Assembly (NCBI GenBank): GCA_951406725.2
Contig: OX597820.1
Location: forward strand, 74,462,001 to 74,526,000
Source of the DNA: Octopus vulgaris
Taxonomy: Eukaryota
Length of the DNA: 64,000 nt
Reading direction: 5' to 3'
Below the pieces are notes generated by a model, which ran no database searches, was not told the origin of the DNA, and saw only the letters and a list, made by a program, of their open reading frames with translations. Position 1 is the stretch's first letter. Each line of letters opens with the position of its first letter. The translations under genes and the position numbers were made by a program. Positions 58,411-64,000 of this stretch are shown one piece after another.

Positions 58411-58792
58411 TGATTACGTACATGTGAATGGATACTCACAAAAGATATCCACTTCTACCAAAAATTCTTACTATAAATTTTTCCTACGAAGTTAAGCGAC
58501 ACAAAGTCCACTCACACACACACATAAACAGCCAAAACCACACACACACACATACGCACATACACGTGCACATACACACATACGAACATACGCACATACA
58601 CACAGACCTGCGCGCACGCACATTCCCCACATACACATACACATACCTCCTTCTTTTGTCTTAGAAAGAAATTTCCTGTCTTAGAAAAAAATTTTTCTTC
58701 ACCTATTCCCTTCCGGTCATTTCAAACTGTAATCACGTGTGTATCGATGGCGATTTTTTTCCTGCGTCTTCCCTTCTTTTGGATTTTCCTCT

Positions 58793-58829
58793 ATTTCTGA
58801 AAAAGAGCTTTGCTCGAAACGTTAAATCC
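58793..58829 (+). ncRNA. Ultra-minimal hammerhead-like motif (no helix III loop; core G8 mutated)
   Basis: ATTT-CTGAAAA-A-GAGC-TTT-GCTC-GAAAC-GTT-AAAT: helix I ATTT/AAAT, helix II GAGC/GCTC, self-complementary AACGTT. Confidence 0.45.
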
Positions 58830-58946
58830 TCTTTCTTTCCTTTCCACAGCGTCTGATAATACAGTAGTTGTTATACGTACATACATACATACATACATAC
58901 ATACATACATACATACATACATACATACATACATACACATGCATGC

Positions 58947-58977
<31 letters not shown>

Positions 58978-59805
58978 ATGACTGCAATTTGTTTGTTCTT
59001 TTGAATATGAGCTGCATGAATGTTTCATTTGAGTTTTGGTTGGTACTTCCACCCTGTTGTATAAAAGTAGCAATGATGGGCACTTCTTGCAGTAGTTTTA
59101 CAATAAAGTTTTGGTGAACCTTTATATGACATTACTGTCTGCCTCCTGCACGTTCCTTTCCATACCCACAGCAGGCAGAGATACAGAGTAGTGCATAGTT
59201 AACAGTGTCCGGGTGGATGTGGCTTCTCTGATAGCTTGTAAGTCCTGTTTAACTTAGATAGACAGACGTTACATGACATATTTGGCGGCACGCCAATTAA
59301 AACGAGAAAATTCACATCAAACCCATAGGAGTATTTCTCTGGAATTCAATAGGAATCTCTTCCGCTACCCACTTATGCATTGCTTTCTCCCACAATGACG
59401 AATCGAAACCGATATTTTTCCACCCATTTCTCCAGTAAATTCTTGATGCAGACTTGGTTTCGGTGTCTGTACTTGCTTTTTACTTTCCGTTTCCGTCTAC
59501 CAGATCCACTCAAAAGGCTTTGGTTGGGGCCCCAGACTATAGCAGAAGACACTCGCCCACGTTGCAAAGCAGTGGGAATGAACCTGGAACCAACCATGTA
59601 GTCAGAGGCAAACCTCTTTTATATGGTTTGTTCCGAATCAACTCTTATTTCAGTGCTGTTGACATCACCGGATTGAATGGTACTGCCCAGGTGACGAAAC
59701 CATAAGGATATCCGTGGGACAGCTGATGATGGAGGTATGTTGGATTATTGGTATGTCTGTGGAATAGTATTATAACAACCTTTTGATATATACATATGTA
59801 TGTAA

Positions 59806-59939
<134 letters not shown>

Positions 59940-59969
59940 TTGAAGAAATGGAGTTGAACGAAGATTGAA

Positions 59970-60084
59970 CAGAATTCCTTTTATTGCATTCTACACATGT
60001 TTCAAAAGCCACAATTTTCCAAATTCTGATTAAATAAGGATACCATATTGTGGCTTTCTCTTCAGGAAAAAAATAGGAATTCCG
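59970..60084 (-). ncRNA. Mirror-image type-I hammerhead ribozyme motif
   Basis: Exact inverted copy of 60092-60206; core at 60065-60059, predicted cleavage after 59992 on the minus strand. Confidence 0.8.
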
Positions 60085-60091
60085 TTGGCAG

Positions 60092-60206
60092 CGGAATTCC
60101 TATTTTTTTCCTGAAGAGAAAGCCACAATATGGTATCCTTATTTAATCAGAATTTGGAAAATTGTGGCTTTTGAAACATGTGTAGAATGCAATAAAAGGA
60201 ATTCTG
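60092..60206 (+). ncRNA. Type-I hammerhead ribozyme motif
   Basis: CTGAAGA (60111-60117); 12-bp helix II GAAAGCCACAAT/ATTGTGGCTTTT; GAAAC-ATGT-GTA (60173-60184); helix I TTC/GAA plus distal CGGAATTCCT/AGGAATTCTG; predicted cleavage after A60184. Confidence 0.8.
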
Positions 60207-60399
60207 TTCAATCTTCGTTCAACTCCATTTCTTCAATTCACTAATAATATTAAAATTCAATTATCCGCACCAACGCACGGTTGCAACACCAAATGGTTTT
60301 ATCTCCAACCGTGCTTTCTTCTGCTGTGATTTTTGCTACCAAGGTATCGGTTAAACTTTTGATTAATCTGCAACAAGATTATTCATCTTTCTATTTTAC

Positions 60400-60487
<88 letters not shown>

Positions 60488-60505
60488 GATAGATAGACAG
60501 ATCGA

Positions 60506-60536
<31 letters not shown>

Positions 60537-61267
60537 TTGCGCATGTGTGCATATGTGAGTGTGTATGTATGTGTATGTATGTATAAATAAATTTACTCTG
60601 GTTGATGTATTGAGTGCTATGTAACAAATAAATGAGTGTTACCAAATAAGAAGTGTTGCTTGAAACAAATAAGAAGTAAGACGAGAGATTAGTCAGTTGA
60701 AAAGACACAACTCTATTCAAATCAGCATTAATTTACGGAAATTTCAATCGTTTGATTTTAATTAGTGTTACTTCAATTAATGGCTGTTTTTTGAATTTAT
60801 GCATCCGCAAACCGATTATGCTCACTAATTGTATGATTGATTTTAGTTAATAGTAAATATTCAAGTCACTAAATTACATGTACGAGACAGTAATAAATGT
60901 GTATCAAGACATGTCTTACAACTTGTTTTCGTCCAGCCACACCGTAGATAACGTCTTAATGACGAATGGCAGAATGAAGACATACGCGTCTAAACACCGA
61001 GACTAATGAAACGGACAAGCAGTCACGTCACACAGTATAATCATACAAGCCTCAGAATTATTATATTCATACGATCCTTAGCTTAGGCGATCCATATTGT
61101 GATATATATATAACCATTTGTGCGTAAGACATGGCCCCTGATTTGTCTATTCACAGAAAGATATACACACGTAGGTAATCTTCATTTCTGAACATGTAGA
61201 GAACATTTTAGTTTACACATGTATCTGAGTGCACAAGAGCGTTCGTGTGTGCAAGTGTGTGCGTATG

Positions 61268-61301
<34 letters not shown>

Positions 61302-61309
61302 TGTATGTA

Positions 61310-61349
<40 letters not shown>

Positions 61350-61560
61350 TGTGTGTGTGTGTGTATATATCTTTAGCGATGAGATTACTCTCTGTTACTC
61401 AGAGGATTCCGAATGTCACTGTTCGTGTGAACAACGATACGGGTACAACTCCGGGTACTTAGAAATAATCTTAGTACTTTGATAACTATTTATATACCAC
61501 GATCTTTATTGAAAACTCCACACAAACATGCATACACACAAACACACAGACACGTTTATG

Positions 61561-61865
61561 CAGTGGCGGACTAGGTCTAAAATTATTGGTTGCCGGGAGA
61601 GTAAGGGGTCCCACCGTAACTACAAGGGGGCCCACCCGCAACTACAATACTAACGTTTAATTTTTTTTCTTAAAAGTATTCTTTTCAACAGTCTAAAAAC
61701 ACAGCCAGGCTGAAATAATGCATTCTTCCAGGAGTGAATTAAAAATTCTCAAACTTGAGGGGATGGGCCCCTTAGATACTAACATAGGCCCCCATATATA
61801 GATTCTAATGGCGTAGGGGCCCACTTGCCATCGGGAAAGCTGGCAACCTGACCAGTCCGCCACTG
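61561..61865. mobile_element. hAT-superfamily MITE
   Basis: TIRs CAGTGGCGGACT(A)GGTC / GACCAGTCCGCCACTG with a perfect 8-bp TSD CGTTTATG on both sides. Confidence 0.9.
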
Positions 61866-61946
61866 CGTTTATGTGTTTGTTTTGCAAAATAGATATTGTT
61901 ATATTTCGTGATGGTCCTTTTTTTCTGGTTGTGTTTAAGTGCAGCC

Positions 61947-62004
<58 letters not shown>

Positions 62005-62389
62005 GGGTGCGCATATGTATGGATGTGTGTCTCCATGTGTCTTTGTGTGAAGTTAAGTGTGTGTGTGTGTATATATGGTCACGTGTTTCATTCTTCATTT
62101 GTGTATGTATGTGTGTATGTACGCTTGTCTGTTCATGTTACCTATGTACACCTATCCGTCTGTATGTCTATCTTTTTATACATACATGTGTATGAGCACA
62201 CACACTAATCCCCACGCATGCGCATAAACAAACAAAAAGAACGCAGCACGGACAACGGACAGAGTCAACGACTATTGAAAAAGTTGCAAGACGCATCGAA
62301 AATTTTAGGAAAAATAAGTAAATGAGTGGAAATTACTATTATATGAAAACTAACGGGTTATTTTGCTGGAGATGATAGAAAGGGTCAAC

Positions 62390-62865
62390 TGTCCACAGCC
62401 AGTAGACTAAGGGGATACTTGTTTTACTGGTAGTGCTTCAAGAACCCTGCAAAGAATCCCAAGCAATGCTGATTTTTGTAGGTGTTCTACCTTCACACTT
62501 GCACCAGATCTTTTTCAGTCATGCTGGTAGTTGAGTGCTGATACTTCCAAGTGCACCAGTTACTACTGGCATAACGTCTACTCTCTTCGTTGACCACAAC
62601 CTTCGTATTTCCCCACTTTAAATTATCATAGTTGTTTATTTTTTCTTCTTTCACATTGATGCTGTTTTGCCGGGGCATGCTATGTCGATTATCACACATG
62701 TTCTTTTTTATTCACCACAACAATGTCCGGCTTCCGATATCTGGTCGTGTGATCGCACTGGATCATTGCATCCCACAGGATTTTGCAATTATCATTTTCG
62801 GTGACTCCTTCTGGAGTTGCTCATACCCCATCTTTACTCTTTGTAGGCCGTGATCTTCAAAGAGT
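62390..62865 (-). mobile_element. RLE-type LINE 3' fragment
   Basis: Minus translation includes PEGVTENDNCKILWDAMIQCDH..RKPDIVVV, EEKINNYDNLKW, a VVIGALG-like motif and HLQKSALLG. Confidence 0.8.
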
Positions 62866-63243
62866 TCTTCTTCTTCTTCTTCTTCTTCTTCTTCTTCTTC
62901 TTCTTCTTCTTCTTCTTCTTCTTCTTCTTCTTCTTCTTCTTCTTCTTCTTCTTCTTCTTCTTCTTCGTCTTCTTCTTCTTCGTCGTCTTCTTCTTCTTCT
63001 TCTTCTTCTTCTTCTTCTTCTTCTTCTTCTTCTTCTTCGTCGTCGTCGTCCTCCTCCTCTTCTTCTTCTTCTTCTTCTTCTTCTTCTTCTTCTTCTTCTT
63101 CTTCTTCTTCTTCGTCTTCTTCTTCTTCTTCTTCTTCTTCTTCTTCTTCTTCTCTTCGTCGTCGTCGTCCTCCTCCCTCTTCTTCTTCTTCTTCTTCTTC
63201 TTCTTCTTCTTCTCTTCTTCTTCTTCTTCTTCTTCTTCTTCTT
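62866..63243. repeat. (TTC)n/(GAA)n microsatellite with TCG/TCC interruptions
   Basis: Direct reading. Confidence 0.95.
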
Positions 63244-64000
63244 TACTTTTAATCTGCATTTTTGTTACAATCTCTTGTCGAGACACATCCAGCGTCCTAG
63301 GGCGAGTGAAGGATTATTCTTATTATTCAGTAATCTTATTTTTATCACGTGCTTTCACGGCGCTACCGAGCGAAGCTCTGAGTGCTTTGGCTGTGCTATG
63401 TGCTGTGTTTTGTTGTGGTGCTCTTATTTTCATTGTGTTGAAAGTGTTTCACATAGGATGTGTGCAATGTCTAGTAGTGCTATTTTCTGTATGTTATATA
63501 TACTTATAAGACCTGATGTTTTTTGTTATCTGTTTGTCTGAATGTTTTTCTATCATACATAATGCGCCTACAATAATAGGAATTGTTTCTGTTGTTAGAT
63601 TCCACATTCGAGTTACCTCTATATCCACATCATCGTATTTTGAAAGTTTCCCCGTTTCTTTTAGAGAAACATTGTCATCTGTTAGTATTGATGCATCGGT
63701 TAGAAAGCATTGTTTTTCTTGGTGATTTCTGACAACTATATCCGTCCTATTGGCCTTAATTGCTCTATGTGTATTGGCATATCCCAGAGTATGGTTGGTG
63801 TCTCATTTTCTATGATCTTTTCTGATGTGTGCTTATACCATTTTTTTCTGCTGTTATTTCATAGTGTTGGCATAGCTTCCAGTGTAATATATGTTTCGAC
63901 TCTGCCGTGTCTGTGAATATATTTTTTCTTAGCCAGGACTGGGCAGCCAGAGACAATATAATTTATAGTTTCTTCTCCATCACCAAACATTCTGCAGTTA
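63244..64000 (-). mobile_element. RLE-type (R4/Dong-like) LINE 3' end, running off the window
   Basis: Minus translation includes CRMFGDGEETINYIVSGCPVLAKKKYIHRH, WKLCQHY, ILWDMPI and KLSKYDDVDIEVTRMWNLTTETIPIIVGAL; its 3' UTR runs into (GAA)n. Confidence 0.85.

Overview
AT-rich, very microsatellite-dense eukaryotic DNA with no intact protein-coding gene; it looks like an intron or intergenic region. From my recognition of the SINE families and microsatellite landscape it is probably a coleoid cephalopod such as Octopus (inference). Almost all ORFs in the track are translations of simple repeats. The real coding remnants are all transposon-derived: a Tx1/L1-clade LINE, a CR1-like LINE, several RLE-type (R4/Dong-like) LINE fragments, an RTE fragment, two mariner copies, a pogo-derived element and a Penelope-like GIY-YIG endonuclease fragment. 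Also present are Helitron ends, a hAT MITE and dozens of tRNA-derived SINEs of at least three families. The main unexplained signal is a set of short non-coding fold-back insertions, mostly in or next to (TA)n tracts, that carry type-I hammerhead ribozyme motifs with a tiny self-complementary helix III. The clearest are at 13427-13509, 14096-14165 and a back-to-back pair inside a perfect 147-bp-arm palindrome at 59938-60238, with more degenerate copies elsewhere. This matches Penelope pseudo-LTR / retrozyme-like self-cleaving mini-retroelements from several unrelated sequence families.
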